Shown: positions 24,578 through 36,779 of the stretch, piece after piece
How positions within the stretch are numbered: position 1 is the first letter of the stretch
Layout: the number at the start of each line of letters is the position of its first letter
NCBI GenBank assembly: GCA_009103225.1
Contig: RHPI01003369.1
Span: 1,640,017 to 1,704,016, forward strand
Length of the DNA stretch: 64,000 bases
Source of the DNA: Chlorokybus atmophyticus
Taxonomy: Eukaryota > Plantae > Mesostigma and Chlorokybus algae
Reading direction: 5' to 3'
Notes under the pieces: model-generated
What the model was told of the DNA's origin: nothing
Databases searched by the model: none
The model's input: only the letters and a program-made list of their open reading frames with translations
Position numbers and translations under genes: made by a program

Positions 24578-27500
24578 ATGAGCGGCGCGGCAGGTGAGCA
24601 AGCAAGCAATCTTGCTCCCAGCTGCATCCATGCACAGAACCCCAATTCACTGCATGCTGTGTGCGTGGAGCATGCTCGTTTGTCAACCTACAGCTAAGTT
24701 AATGGTGGTGCTGTGGATAGGTTGCCCAAACTTTGCATGGAATGCAGGCACTAGTGGCGCTGAGGCGCCTGCTTCTGCTGGTTGGTACTATCTTGACGCC
24801 GACAACAGCTACCAGGGGCCCTACGCAGCGCAGCAAGTGGCAGGTACATCAGCCCCTGATTCTGTGACTTGGTGTCTTCTTGACTCCGCCATGCTCAGCT
24901 TATGCTTAGCACGTGCTGAGCTTGCTGCTCACCATATACTGAGCTTTGGTAGCTTCTCGTAAGCTTGCTTCTTAGCATGCACCATGTCTGCTGCGTCTTG
25001 TGCTTAGCTTACTTCTTCGCGTAAGAGAAACCCACTGCCCCAGCTTGTTAATGATATGCTAAACAGAGAGCTTGAATAATACCCATTGCAAGTGGGTTGC
25101 AATTGATGGTTTGCTGATCATCATTTCAGGATGTATAGCCGTAATCTTGCCAGTTATTGTCAGAGTTGTGTCCATACTGTTTCTCTGTTTCTCATTGCAG
25201 ATCTCTACAAACGAGGGTCGGTGAAGGATGCAACGATGTTTTGGGCACAAGGCCAGCCAGAATGGCGACCGCTGTCAGCAATCACTGCATTGACGGCGCC
25301 AGCTAGCTCTCCACACACAGGTATGTATGTCAACAACTTTGTCATCATATGCAAATTCACATCTTGTCAAGTCCAAAATCTAGTGTTGGTCGTCTCGTAA
25401 CGGACTGTACTGCATGTGACGTGTATCTGCACAGCAAAACACATGGCTTGGGGTTGGCTAGGCATAGCCGCTGTATCTTTTTGTCATTGACACATTGTAT
25501 CGCAACTCATAGAGGTCAGTTGCTGATGATAACAACTGTTGGGGTATTATGTGTGTGATCGCTGATCAGTTCACATTTTCGATATGGCTGTCATGCAGAA
25601 GGCCAAAGTGCAAAATTGACAAAAGAGGAAGAGGCGGAGCTGTTGGAGCTGCAGCGGCTGGCGGGAGGTGGCGCGGCAGATCCACCTGCAAGCTCGCAAG
25701 GAGATGACGATGATGACGATGATGACAGGCCCCAGTCACCCGATGAGAAGGAATTTGTTGACGATGATGGCACGGAGTATGTCTGGGACTCCAAGTTGCG
25801 CAAGTTTGTCGTCAGGGTGGGTTGAGTAACATGCGCATGGCGTGAACTGTGTTTGTGTCCTGTATATGCCAGCTACTTTGTTATGCGCATGCGCAATGTC
25901 GGCTCCAGGAGCATGCTCTTGTGCACGCAGAGACAATGCACACATGCACATGCGCCTGCACATCCATGTACCCGCATGTATGCGTATCAGTGCACATACA
26001 TGCAGCTGTACACAGTCTTGAGCCATGCTTGTTCTAGTTGCTTGAGGTAGTTGTCAAGTGTGCACTTGTCTGCAGGGACCTGACTACAAGCCAGAAGAGA
26101 TGATGTTCGCCGCCGAGGAGGAGTTGATACCGTCGTACACGGACGCGATGGCCAAGGCAAGGGAAGCCGAGGCCGGTGAGGCGGCTGTTGAGATTGAGCG
26201 CGCCAAACTCGTCAAGGAGAAGCAAGAAAAGTTGGCGCAGGACAAGGAGAAGCGCAAACAAGAAGAGGACTCCGGTGCAGAGCAAAACGAGGAGAAGAAA
26301 CCCAAAATGGTACAATGAGCTATGTAGTGTACAGTGATGTGTGATACCAGCCTCGTTAACCACTTATTTGCTTGCTGTGTTAACCTACTCTAATATGGTT
26401 GTCAATTCTTGTTTATCGTGTTGGCTACCAGGAGGGTGAGACTAAGCCGGAAGGCTGGTTTGAGCTGAAGATTAACACAAATGTGTATGTCACCGGGCTT
26501 CCAGAGGATGCCACCGTTGAAGAGGTGGCGGAGGCTTTCTCCAAATGCGGTATCATCAAAGAGGACCCCGAGACGCACAAACCGCGCATTAAACTGTACA
26601 GAGACAGGTGCGCCTGTTGCCGGGTGAGCCTTCATTTCGTCGCACTTGTCTAGGAGTGTCCGTGTTCAAGTCATCCTAACTCAAGCAAAGCATATCAACT
26701 TCACACAGTACATCACTTGGTTGCTTTGGCTTTTGGCTTTCATGGCTTGTTCTCAAACAGTGTTTGTTTCGCAGGGAAAGTGGGCGGCAAAAAGGGGATG
26801 GGTTGGTGTCCTACCTGAAAGAGGCGTCGGTGGACTTGGCGTTGAAGATTTTGGATGGGTCGTACTTTAGGTCTGACTCCACCAAGCCCATCTCTGTCTC
26901 CAAGGCCAAGTTTGAGCTGAAAGGCAATTACGTGAAGAAAGAAGTTGCAAACAAGAAAAAGAGCAAGAAGCAGGTAACATGTTGGTAACCAGCTTGTTGT
27001 TGGGTATGATGCGTCCCATGCTTGATGCATGTGTCGCTTGAGTGCCAAACTTCACTGCGCAAGCATTGGTGAATTGCATCACAGGTGATTGTTGCTCAAG
27101 AGAGAGCTCTTGGCTGGGGTGGGTTTGATGACGTAGGACCCCGCACGTCAACCACCATCATCATGAAGAACATGTTCACTCCTGAAGAGCTCCAGGTATT
27201 GCTACTTGTGATGCCACGTAGCGGTGTATTACGCAATATTGCAGCTATCCTACAAGATGGATGCCGCAGTTGTGAGAACTGTATGCTGCACGGCTCATAA
27301 TGTCAATTGTAATCAAGTCACCACTGCATCAAGATACGTGTATCTGCACATATCTTCTGCCAGTCAACCTGATTGCACCAACGTGCAGTAAGTAGCCACT
27401 CCTACATGCGTGTGCGTGTGGCTGTGGCTGTGACTGTGGCTGTGGGCGACACAATGCACCACCTTGTGCTACATCTCACTTAATGCCAACTTGCAGGTGG

Positions 27501-27796
27501 ACCCAAGTGTCCAGACGGAGTTGGAGGCGGACATCGCTGCAGAGTGCGTGAAGCTTGGCGAGGTGGAGCGACTAAAGGTTTTCACTAACAACCCCGAGGG
27601 CGTGGTGTCGGTAAAGTTCCGCGACCGCAACGCTGCGAAGAAGTGCATCGACGTCATGAACGGACGCTGGTTTGGCGGGCGCCGCATCTCTGTCGAGCTC
27701 TACGATGGGAAAACCAACTACGCTGCCGAGACTATGGAACAACAGAATGCACGACTGGACAAGTTTTCAGCCGAGCTCGAAGAGTACGAGTCGTGA
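24578..27796 (+). CDS. HTATSF1: Tat-SF1/Cus2/ELF9-type splicing factor (GYF-like domain plus 2 RRM/UHM domains)
   Basis: GWYYLDADNSYQGPY...FWAQGQPEWRPL (GYF_2-like); NTNVYVTGLPEDAT...FSKCGIIKED...GDGLVSYLKEASVDLALKILDG; IIMKNMF; ECVKLGEVERLKVFTNNPEGVVSVKF...MNGRWFGGRRI. Confidence 0.95.
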
Positions 27797-28668
27797 CAGG
27801 ACAGGACCACATTGTGTGTAAGCGAGTATTTAGGCAGTAAGAGCAGGTCAGCAATTGAGCCTGTGTCATAAACAGATCGGCTCACTCAGGGTTCATGCCT
27901 GCATGCCATCTGAGTTGTCATGCGCTGAGTGTGGTTGTGCATGTTGCTCTTTAAAAGCTTCAGCGGAAGAGTTGCTCACATAGTGCAGGACAGTTCTCGT
28001 TGCATATCATTGTGTGCCTGGCAGCTGCACGGATTGAGTTGTTAGGTTGTGTGTTGGGCGTGGTGTGTTGAGTCCGGCATGGTGACTAGTACACAAACTC
28101 AATGCTTCGTCGGTGCAATAAATCATTGATTATGTGTCCTTGATTGCTTCTTACAATCGTGTCGGAAGGTGTAATGATCATGAGTACGCCCATGTTCAGC
28201 TGCAGACTCACTATCCGGCAAGCATGCGGCAGTGATATGTTGTGTCACTATGTCAGCGCTGCATTGTCAATCAATGCATCGCAAGAGAGCACGTTCCAAG
28301 CAGGACGCACAGCAAGCAGCTAAGAAAACCGCACAAAGGCTTATATTGAATAGGTACCTTCCCGCCAAGGATAGGCTATATACAGAGCTAACCATACGCT
28401 CTGTACGAGTTATAATAGTAGTAGACCGCTATGTACCCCCGCTACTGTACTCAACTCTGGCATGCGCCAGCCACCAATCACACTTCAATGATACACTACG
28501 CTACAAGCCCACCCTCTTCACCACCGCCGCAAAAAGCACACGCTACAAGTCTCCCACACACTACCTACCCACTGTACAACAGGTCACAACTGGTCTGTAC
28601 CAGATTGACCAAAGGACATTAATACTATACTCTACACAAAATAAAGAATACTGTTACCCGCGCTTGTC

Positions 28669-31600
28669 TTATTTTGGCCAAAGCCTGATAGGCACCACCG
28701 CAGGTGAGGCTTTGTTGACCGCATCATTCTGGAATAGGACTGCAATGGTGACGCTCGTTTTTTTGCTGCCGGGCCGCACGATCAAGTTGGACACGCCGCT
28801 GTTGGAATTATCACCAAAGTTGAGCGAGCTCGGGTTCGCCGTCACAACACTGTTCACGCACAAGCACACATGTCAGATACAAGTTGAGTACAAAGACAAA
28901 GTCCGACACGCAAACATGAAGTGTCCCTCACCTGAATGTGGCGTCGGGTGGTGAGAGCACTCGCCCTCGTAGAAGCTGGCCACCTTGCGTGAGATACACA
29001 CTCTTCCCGTCCGAAGACACGCGCACGTTGGCCGGCGTGTGGAACATCGACACGACATCAAGCGGGCGCGAAGCGGTTATCTCATCTTGAATAAGGAGCC
29101 TCGCATCCGGAAAAGCCACATCTTTGAGGAGAACAACTCCCCTCTTCACATTGGTGGCGTATTGGTAACAACTAGTCAAGTCCATCACGGTGTGAGAGCG
29201 CCACGGCTTGGAGTAAACGTTCACGACTGGAGCCTTTGCACCCAACTTCTGATTAACGAATCTTAGAGGGGACTGAGAGTAAGACGCCATCGCCAACGTG
29301 TTGTGACCCTCTGTCCTTGTCCTGTTATGCAAGAGTTACACGCTTGTCAACACCAGCAACGACTTTTTTCGACCACAACATTAACAACAACAGCAGCAGC
29401 AACAACAACATGAGTGTCACACCCAACAACATACCTGTAGTACTTGAATCGGTCATCGGAGAAGTATCTGTTGAGGTTGTAGTTGTCTTTGCCGAGGTCG
29501 ATGAACCACCTCACCCCGAGGCTCTCATACACAAAGGTACCCTGCATGAAGACATGAGTGAGCGACTAAGTACAAGAGTCAGCGTTGGTCAATACGTCAT
29601 ACACTGCATCAAATGCTGATTGAGTGAAGGCTGCGCGAGTAATTTACCTGGTCAAGGTGCTGGTGGCTCCCTTCAGCGCTGACTGGGTTGGCCCCGCCCC
29701 TCACCGACAAGTATGCAGACTTCGGGTGCGTCCAAGACAACCGCATCGACACAATATCCGCATTGTAACCCTGCACCCAAAGGGGAGATACATGTCAGCC
29801 CACAACCCCACACAACAGGAAAAATGTAACACACTCCCACAACTCCTCACCGTGTATCTCCCATCCAGCGGCGTATTCACCCCCACATTCGTGTTGAACG
29901 TGGTCCCTTTCCCGCCGGCCCACAGCACTCTGGCCGGTCCGCCGGTCTTCCTGAGTCTCGTCTCGTACGACGCCAGCACCCTGTCCCCGTTCGTACGGGC
30001 GATGTAGTAACCCAAGTGACCGGAGAGGACCGGCGTGTCGGCGTCGGAGTAGTCGAAGACCGAAGTGGTGGGGGAGACTAACTGGATGCGGTAGTAACCG
30101 GATGAACGCATGGCGGATAAAACGCCGGCCTGAGGGAGAAGGAAGGATATAGTTGGTGTTGTGTACTCTCTATAGTGCGTGCTGTGTGCATTGGGCACAC
30201 ATTATGTCAAACTTTGAGCGGGGGGTGAAGTGTTGTGCTGATTGCGTGCGTGTTGGGCGCAGGCAAGAGACACACGCATGCATGCATGCTTGTATGCTTG
30301 CCAACACTGTACGTGCGTATATGTGCACAAGCACGCGCGCATGCACGCACCTGTTTGCGACAAATCTGTGTACGTGTGTGCATGTGCACATGTACGTACG
30401 CTCTACAATGCTTGGCACACACACAACAAACAGTGCAGATAAAATCAAACAGCTTCAACTGTAACTCCAACCTACCTCGTTGGCATAGTTGATCCATCTG
30501 CTCCCGACTGCCGTCTCCAGTGCCGACAGCGCAAACGCCGCATTCATCCCCACCATTGAGCAATACATGGCGCCTTCGGTCCACGCCCCTCCCGGCGCAA
30601 ACATCTTTAACGTGTTCCTAAACGCCGGGAAGATCCTCTCACTCAACTTCCCCCTCAAGTCCCCGCTCTCGTTGTCCCAAAAGGCCACGTGGCCGATGAC
30701 GAAGCCGGACAACACGTTCACGGCCACGTTGGACTTGAGAGTGACGAAGTCGGAGAGGTTGGGGAGGGCGGGAGTGAAGGCTTTGGTGAGAGCAGAAGAC
30801 CATAAAGTGTTGCGGTCGGAGGAGGGGAGGTAGGTGTAGAGCCAGTCGTAGGCGAAGGCAACGGCCTGTGTGAGACAGAGAGGGTGAGAAGGGAGGAGCA
30901 TGTCGGGTGTCAGTTGAAAGGGTGTGAGTTGGGGTGTGTGAGTTGGAGAGTGGGCGAGTGAGAGGGGGACAGAAGAGGGCGTGAGAGGGTGAGAGGGTGC
31001 GTAAGTGAGGGGGTGAGTGAGTGAGACTGTGTGTGTCAGTCAGAGGTTGAGTGGATTTATGAGAGGGTGATTGGTTGTCACCTGGAGGTAGTAGGCGAGG
31101 TCTAGGTATCCTGGATTGATTCTGCCATCTGGGTTCCATGTTGGTAGATTAGCAACGGCAATGGCGGCGTCACGTGCCTTGGCCGCTTTCCTCACGTCAC
31201 CGTCGATCAGATACGCTCCCGCAAGCTGCTCGACACACAACAACCTGAAGTCAAACCTCTGTGCATGCATTGTGAGGTCCACACACACAGATACACACAC
31301 ACACAGTCCTTACCAGCATGATGCGGTCGCGGGTTGTACGCGAGTCCCTGACGTCAATGTAACTTGACAGCGCACTCTGTGCATCGTTCTTGAGAGAGTC
31401 GCAGAACCAGAACACGTTGAGTCCCTTAACTGTCCCACGAGTTTTGCACTGCCTCCTCACGTCAACTAATTGAGAACCTGGAAACAACAACCACACGTGA
31501 GACATTGAGAAAGACCGTATGCATGCGCTGTGTGTGCATGGGACAATGTGTGTGTAGTCTCACCCGTGGTCATGACGCGGGGATGGATGTTGGGTTGGAG

Positions 31601-31696
31601 GAGTGCGAGGGGGAGCTGCGCCATGGCGAGGTGGGGGATGAGGATAAGGAAGACAAGGATAGGGTGGAGGTGGAGGCGGGAAGTGTTGAGAGCCAT
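28669..31696 (-). CDS. Secreted bacterial-type heparinase II/III-like polysaccharide lyase (about 9-10 exons)
   Basis: Signal peptide [26 protein letters not shown], then HPRVM; RDRIMLLAGAYL...WNP...YLDLA; [10 protein letters not shown]; [10 protein letters not shown]; VFDYSDA; [28 protein letters not shown]; TEGHNTL; LLIQDEI. This is the motif order of alpha/alpha-toroid plus Hepar_II_III lyases. Confidence 0.8.
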
Positions 31697-31746
31697 AGTT
31701 GCTTGCAGTATGTGTGATGTGACAGTTGGCGCTCTGCATGGACAAG

Positions 31747-31752
<6 letters not shown>

Positions 31753-31790
<38 letters not shown>

Positions 31791-31796
31791 GAGAGA
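31753..31796. repeat. (GA)n microsatellite
   Basis: About 22 GA units with one interruption, just upstream of the lyase ATG. Confidence 0.97.
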
Positions 31797-34367
31797 CTCA
31801 CCGATTGTTGTTTTGCGCAAGTCCACCTAGGAGAGACGCAATGTACTCCACAGCGCACAGTATACAGTACTAATGCAAGCCTTGGTATACAGTGTACAGT
31901 GTCAAGTCGTCGCAAATGCAGCAATGCCTCCGCTGCTTAATGTAGCTGTCAGCAACAACTGCGGTGATGTATGTGTGAGCTCGTCACGTCCCAAGCCACT
32001 TTCTCAAGCCGCTGCCCCGCTGCACCAACCAGCAAACTCCCCTTCGCAATTGGAATTGCACAAACAACGTATGTATGACAAGTGTGTGGAAAAGGTATGT
32101 GTCTAGCAGAGCAGCTGGCTAGCAACAAAACAAAAAGCAAATCAGCAGCCAATGCCAACCAGCGAAACAAAAAGAATGGGCTTTATTACAGCCGACAAAC
32201 CGCGCTCCCGACTTTTATTAAACAGTGATTCTGGTGGCTCGCAAAGGGTTTCCGGAAACTCCGGCCAATTATCGCCGCGCCCAGCACGTGATGTCCTCTT
32301 ACCACAAGTGGATTCGTTGATGCCAGCCTTACGTGCGCTAGCGTACCGTCACTCCGTACTACTTCAACAACACTTACGGACGGTTTGGCTGGTGTTGGGT
32401 GTGTCGTGTTGACCGAAGACCTAGAGCTCTTTACCCGTTGGCAAGTAGTGTGCCGGACAGGTCACTTGTTGCGCGATGGATTGCAGATGAGGCTTTTGAG
32501 GTTTGTTATGCTACAAGGCAGCGGTGTTGCCGGTTCGTAGCTGTAGTAACCGGCTGTCAACCGGTTACAGATGGTGAGGTAAGGCTTAGGCGTGACACGT
32601 GGAGTGCAACAGGGCTATCTACGGTATGCATGCAAGATATCATAATATTGGCGCGTACCAGTGCGACAGATGGCGCGAAGTAAATGGTGTATACTGCGAC
32701 GGTATGTGTGTCGCCAGTCGTCGCTCCTAGTCCCCCTGCTGTCTCAACCGGTACGCTGCAGGCCGCAGAGCGCAAAAGCGGCGGCGGTCAAATCAGGCTG
32801 TTCTGACCGCCCATGGCCAGCGGTGCTCACCCCCTGCCCTGAAAACAATGTGAGTTTGTCGGTTTGGCCGCGGCGGGCCGCCGGCGACACAGCATAGGCG
32901 CACCTGTTTTGCGGCTCTGAGCAACTGCACCACAGATCATGTCTAGGCACATAGGCCTACATGACTAGACACGATAGCCCACACAACGCCCGCGGTAGAC
33001 ATGTGGAGTCTAGAGGCATACAGTTAGTAGGCATAGTAGAATTTTGTGAAGTCTCTGGTCTATGCAGTAGGTTGCCTGGTGTAGGTGTATGCTACACCAC
33101 GTGTACGCTACACCGTGTAGCGCAGGCGAAGTAGGCAACCTTTGCATGAACTGGAGTTCATCCACAAAGGCAGGCCATTCAGGTCAAGACACATGACTCA
33201 TTTACCGGTAGGTACCTATACATAAATATATATAAGTATATATATATATGTACATATATACAATTGCGTAAGCAAGGCATGTAGCCCATATTTCCTATCT
33301 CAAGCATCACAAGCCATTAAGTTGTCAATCGGGTCGCATATACGATACATCACACCGTGTATGTGCGACTGCTATAAATAGCTTGTAATTGCATATTATA
33401 AATACGTAAGTACTGTGCTTGCATCATGTGTGTCGCGGTGATGACACTCGACATGCGCTTCTTGATCGCACTCCCTGTGCGCTCTCACCTGCATCCGGAT
33501 TACTTAGACTGGCTCAGTGTTGGCTAACAGCATAACAAGACCCATCGACGCAGTTGCTGGCATGGACCAATTGCAAGCAAGGCTTATGGCGGCGGCCGAC
33601 ATCGACAGCTTTGTTAGGCAAACCCTCACGAGACGGTCGGTAGTAAGCTGCAAGTGAGCGGACTGGCGTGGAAGCAGCGTCACACTTGAGACCTCCAAAT
33701 TCCCCATCAGCATCAGGCAAACGGCGTGCATGCACACTGCCTTGAGTTAGACTTGAGCTACCTTCAGCTGTTCCCAAACCCTTGTGCTGTAAGCCCTGTA
33801 TTTTTGTCTTTTGCCCTGCTTTGGTGTGCAATTCTTTCTTGCAATTGCTGGTGTTCAATTCGTGGCGTGGCCACCGCCCCGTTGCATGCAGACTGTATCA
33901 CAACCTTTTCACTATACGGTATCATTATATGGCCCTCCGAGGTGAGTCACCGCTGTGCTTTTAGCTGCTCAGCATTGCATTGCCTTAAATTGGATTAAGT
34001 GCGTGCAGTACGTGACCACGCTTCACTTACATAACCACCCTTAATACGGACTTCATGGTCATGGCAAATGTGTACTTGTTCACTTGCATCCTTGCATGGG
34101 AACTTGTTGAGTGATTGCTACCTCATACCAAGCTTAAGGGACTGCACTGTTTGTTTTTCCTCACCATTGTCTCTTGCACCTGCCATTCTCATCATCACAA
34201 GCACCGCGGTTCTCCTCTCTAACTCTTTACTCCACACTCCGCATGTTACCCTGCAGCAATGTTCACGCACACACTTTGCAACACGCATCTCCACTGCAAG
34301 ACACATTCTGCACCTGAGCCTTCCTTGCACAACATGTAACTGTTATCTGTCAAACACACACCCCGCA

Positions 34368-34879
34368 TGTAAAGGAATTCATTCGGTTACCACAAATCGA
34401 CCATAAAATCACCAAGTTTTTTGTGGTCGAGTGGCCTGTGACATTGGTCATCGGAGCTTGAGACCCGGGTTCGATTCCTGCCTTACACACGAATTTCGTG
34501 GTCGTTGTTTCTCGATCCAGTATCATCGTAAATGGTCACTTCATAAGTGCCATCATCGATGGGTTGCGACTTGCCTAATGGCAGTCGTGCCGGCGTTCAG
34601 TCGGCGCGGCAGGGCGCGACCTGCCTGTCGCGGTGCGACCTGGGGCCGGCAGCGGTACGCTATGCGCGCGGTATGAGCCTAAAATTGGCCGGTCCTTGGG
34701 AAGTGGGGCCGGTGACCGACCCTAATCAGTCCCTTGGGATAATTCCCAAGCTGATGGGAGCCAGCTGCTGAGGACGTCAGCGTTCTTAAGTGGGGGGGAA
34801 TGTAACGGCAAGGTACATTAAATTACTATAGATTGACCATAAAAGCACCAAGTCTTTTGTGGTCGAGTGGGCTGTGACA
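34368..34879 (+). mobile_element. Terminal-repeat retrotransposon in miniature (TRIM), 512 bp
   Basis: 5' LTR 34368-34443 (TGTAA...TGTGACA) and 3' LTR 34801-34879 share GACCATAAAA(T/G)CACCAAGT(T/C)TTTTGTGGTCGAGTGG(C/G)CTGTGACA. PBS-like TGGTCATCGGAGC at 34445-34457; PPT AAGTGGGGGGGAA at 34788-34800; flanks CCGCA/CCTCA (4 of 5 TSD match); no retrotransposon coding domain. Confidence 0.8.
34424..34478 (+). promoter_or_regulatory. tRNA-type (type 2) Pol III A box and B box spanning the LTR-PBS junction
   Basis: A box TGGTCGAGTGG (34424-34434), B box GGTTCGATTCC (34468-34478), 44 bp start to start as in tRNA genes. D-stem GTCG/TGAC and T-stem (C)CGGG/CCTG can pair. Confidence 0.65.
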
Positions 34880-34997
34880 CCTCACCCCCCACCTCTCACC
34901 CCTCTCCCCCTTTATACAACAGACTTCTTTATAGCATGAGTCTCAAAGGCCTTGTTATGCCGCGTTCATGCATGTGCGATATCACAATTGCTATATA

Positions 34998-35100
34998 AGG
35001 TGCTACATGCACCATGACAATACGGATCCTCACTTAGTCCTCCTTACTTACCACATAAGTAAGGAACTAAGAGTGACTTAAGCCAGTCCTTTAGACGTGA
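34998..35100 (-). repeat. Hairpin-containing ~100-bp repeat, copy 1 (inverted relative to the copies at 50978 and 52215)
   Basis: Its reverse complement matches 52215-52315 (about 9 differences over a 79-bp core, counted by eye). Contains the 10-bp stem TCCTTACTTA-ccaca-TAAGTAAGGA (35041-35065). Confidence 0.85.
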
Positions 35101-35520
35101 CAAGGGTTATACATTTTTGAGCTAAGCGTAGATTATTTACCAAGGTAACGCAAGTTCCTGTAGTAGATGTTGTATGACGTTTTGCAATGTATAATGTGTG
35201 TTGTGGATGTCGTTTCATATATCTTGCGTTGTTGCAAATAGTGTAAACATTATCAACATGTTATCATGTAGATTTTAGCACATTGGTTATGATAAATACC
35301 ATGCTCATTTGAGGCAAACTCTCGTGCAAAATTGCAGTGACATCTTTTTTTTAACCCATTCTTGGCCTGTTTTTACAACTTTGAAGCACCCAAGCCACTT
35401 GCAAAAAGTGTCCCCGGATTGTAACGCGGGGCTTGGCCGACTAGGCCATGGTAACAAAACACGCTACCATGAGAGGTTGTGTATTGCTTATTAATGCTTC
35501 ATAAGCCCTTCTTAGCCTAT

Positions 35521-35670
35521 TCCACATTAACCGGCATTACACGGATCTTGCAACACGCCTCCAGGGGATTCTTTCTTCGACGTAGCGTGCGACAGGGTTG
35601 CCCTCTCGCCCTTGCTCTTGTTGTCATTGCTATAAAGGCTCTCCGCTGTATGATTGAACCCCATCTGAAT
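35521..35670 (+). pseudogene. Non-LTR (L1/Tx1-like) reverse transcriptase relic
   Basis: GFFLRRSVRQGCPLALALVVIAIKALRCMI resembles the LINE RT motif F.l.RgVRQGCPLSPlLF.laiE.L; no other RT motifs remain. Confidence 0.6.
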
Positions 35671-35723
35671 TGCATTGGCCTTCGCCTCATAAATGCCTTC
35701 CCACCACATCGATTGACGTCAAA

Positions 35724-36416
35724 GGACCATGAATGGTCCGTACCTCTGGACCGGGATTTTCCCCTGCTAAGTGAAATTGGTGGACCATATATGGTCGGAC
35801 TGTCAATGACAGTCAGACCATGCATGGTCCAAACCTCACGTGAACGGTCCCATATTTTTTTGGGGTCGCACCATGTATGGTGACCTGTTTGTATGAGTTT
35901 GCAAGGACCATGTATGGTGCAATGCCCCCTGGCGCAGAAGACCAGGCATGGTTTGTTACTTCCACATGTCTGGTGATCGACAGTCGCACCATGCACGGTC
36001 CATGAATACGGACCGGAAGTCTTTGTTTTAACTGACATATTTCAGACCATGCATGGTGCGCTGCCCTCCTGGCTCAGTGGACCATTTATGGTGCCAGTCT
36101 GATCGACATTCGCACCATGCACGGTCCATGGATACGGACTTTGTTGTGCATATGTGGTCCACAAGCGGTACCATGCATGGTCCTAACAGACAACGCACCA
36201 TACATGGTCTGATTGACAGTCGCACCATGCATGGTCTATCATAATGTCACATCCATTGAAGCCATGCATGGTCCACAAGCGGCACCATGTCTGGTCCTAA
36301 CAGACAACGCACCACATGGTCTGATTGACAGTCGCACCATGCATGGTCTGTCATGATGTCACAGCCATTGAATCCATGCATGGTCTTAGCATTGGTGCCT
36401 GCACCGTGCCCGGTGC
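35724..36416. repeat. Array of about 18 palindromic (g)ACCATGCATGGT(c) units with variable spacers
   Basis: Copies at about 35724, 35783, 35816, 35869, 35907, 35941, 35988, 36046, 36081, 36114, 36170, 36197, 36224, 36261, 36284, 36311, 36336, 36373, 36401. Includes a ~113-bp tandem duplication (about 36156-36268 and 36269-36380). Confidence 0.92.
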
Positions 36417-36779
36417 ATACAATCGGACACGCATGCAATTCACAGAAATGTTGTAATGGACTGTTAAACGACAGCCCATCAGTGTCAATCCAGTGAGACT
36501 GTAGCTACAGTCTCCTACATGCACTTCAAGCTGCGGTTACAGGAGGTAACAGGAGCAGCTAACAACATCAGTCTCTTGTGTTGCCAGCACCTTCGCCTGG
36601 AAGCCAGACTTGTGCTCTCCCTGGTTGATTCAGCCCCAATGTGAAGACACCCGCGACAGCCTTGCTCAACATCATCTCTTGCAAACACTCAGCGAGTGCT
36701 TGTTAAGCTCTGCACAACAAATGTACTGTCACGTGCTTACACAAACAGTAACTTGACCATAGCACAGGAAACCACCCAC

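Noticed and set aside
28232-28954. 240-aa plus-strand ORF
   Set aside because: Overlaps the lyase 3' exons and UTR in antisense, has no motif, and shows no splice or codon signal.
33450-34360. Possible degenerate retroelement coding fragment
   Set aside because: GC-richer stretch with stops in all frames; no motif could be assigned with confidence.
34417-34490. Functional tRNA gene
   Set aside because: A/B boxes and D/T arms are present, but the acceptor stem does not pair, the anticodon stem is mostly mismatched and position 33 is not U. The sequence is the LTR-PBS junction of a TRIM.
35724-36416. CRISPR array
   Set aside because: The repeats are only 12-14 bp, spacer lengths vary widely and some spacers are duplicated. 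There are no cas genes and the context is eukaryotic.
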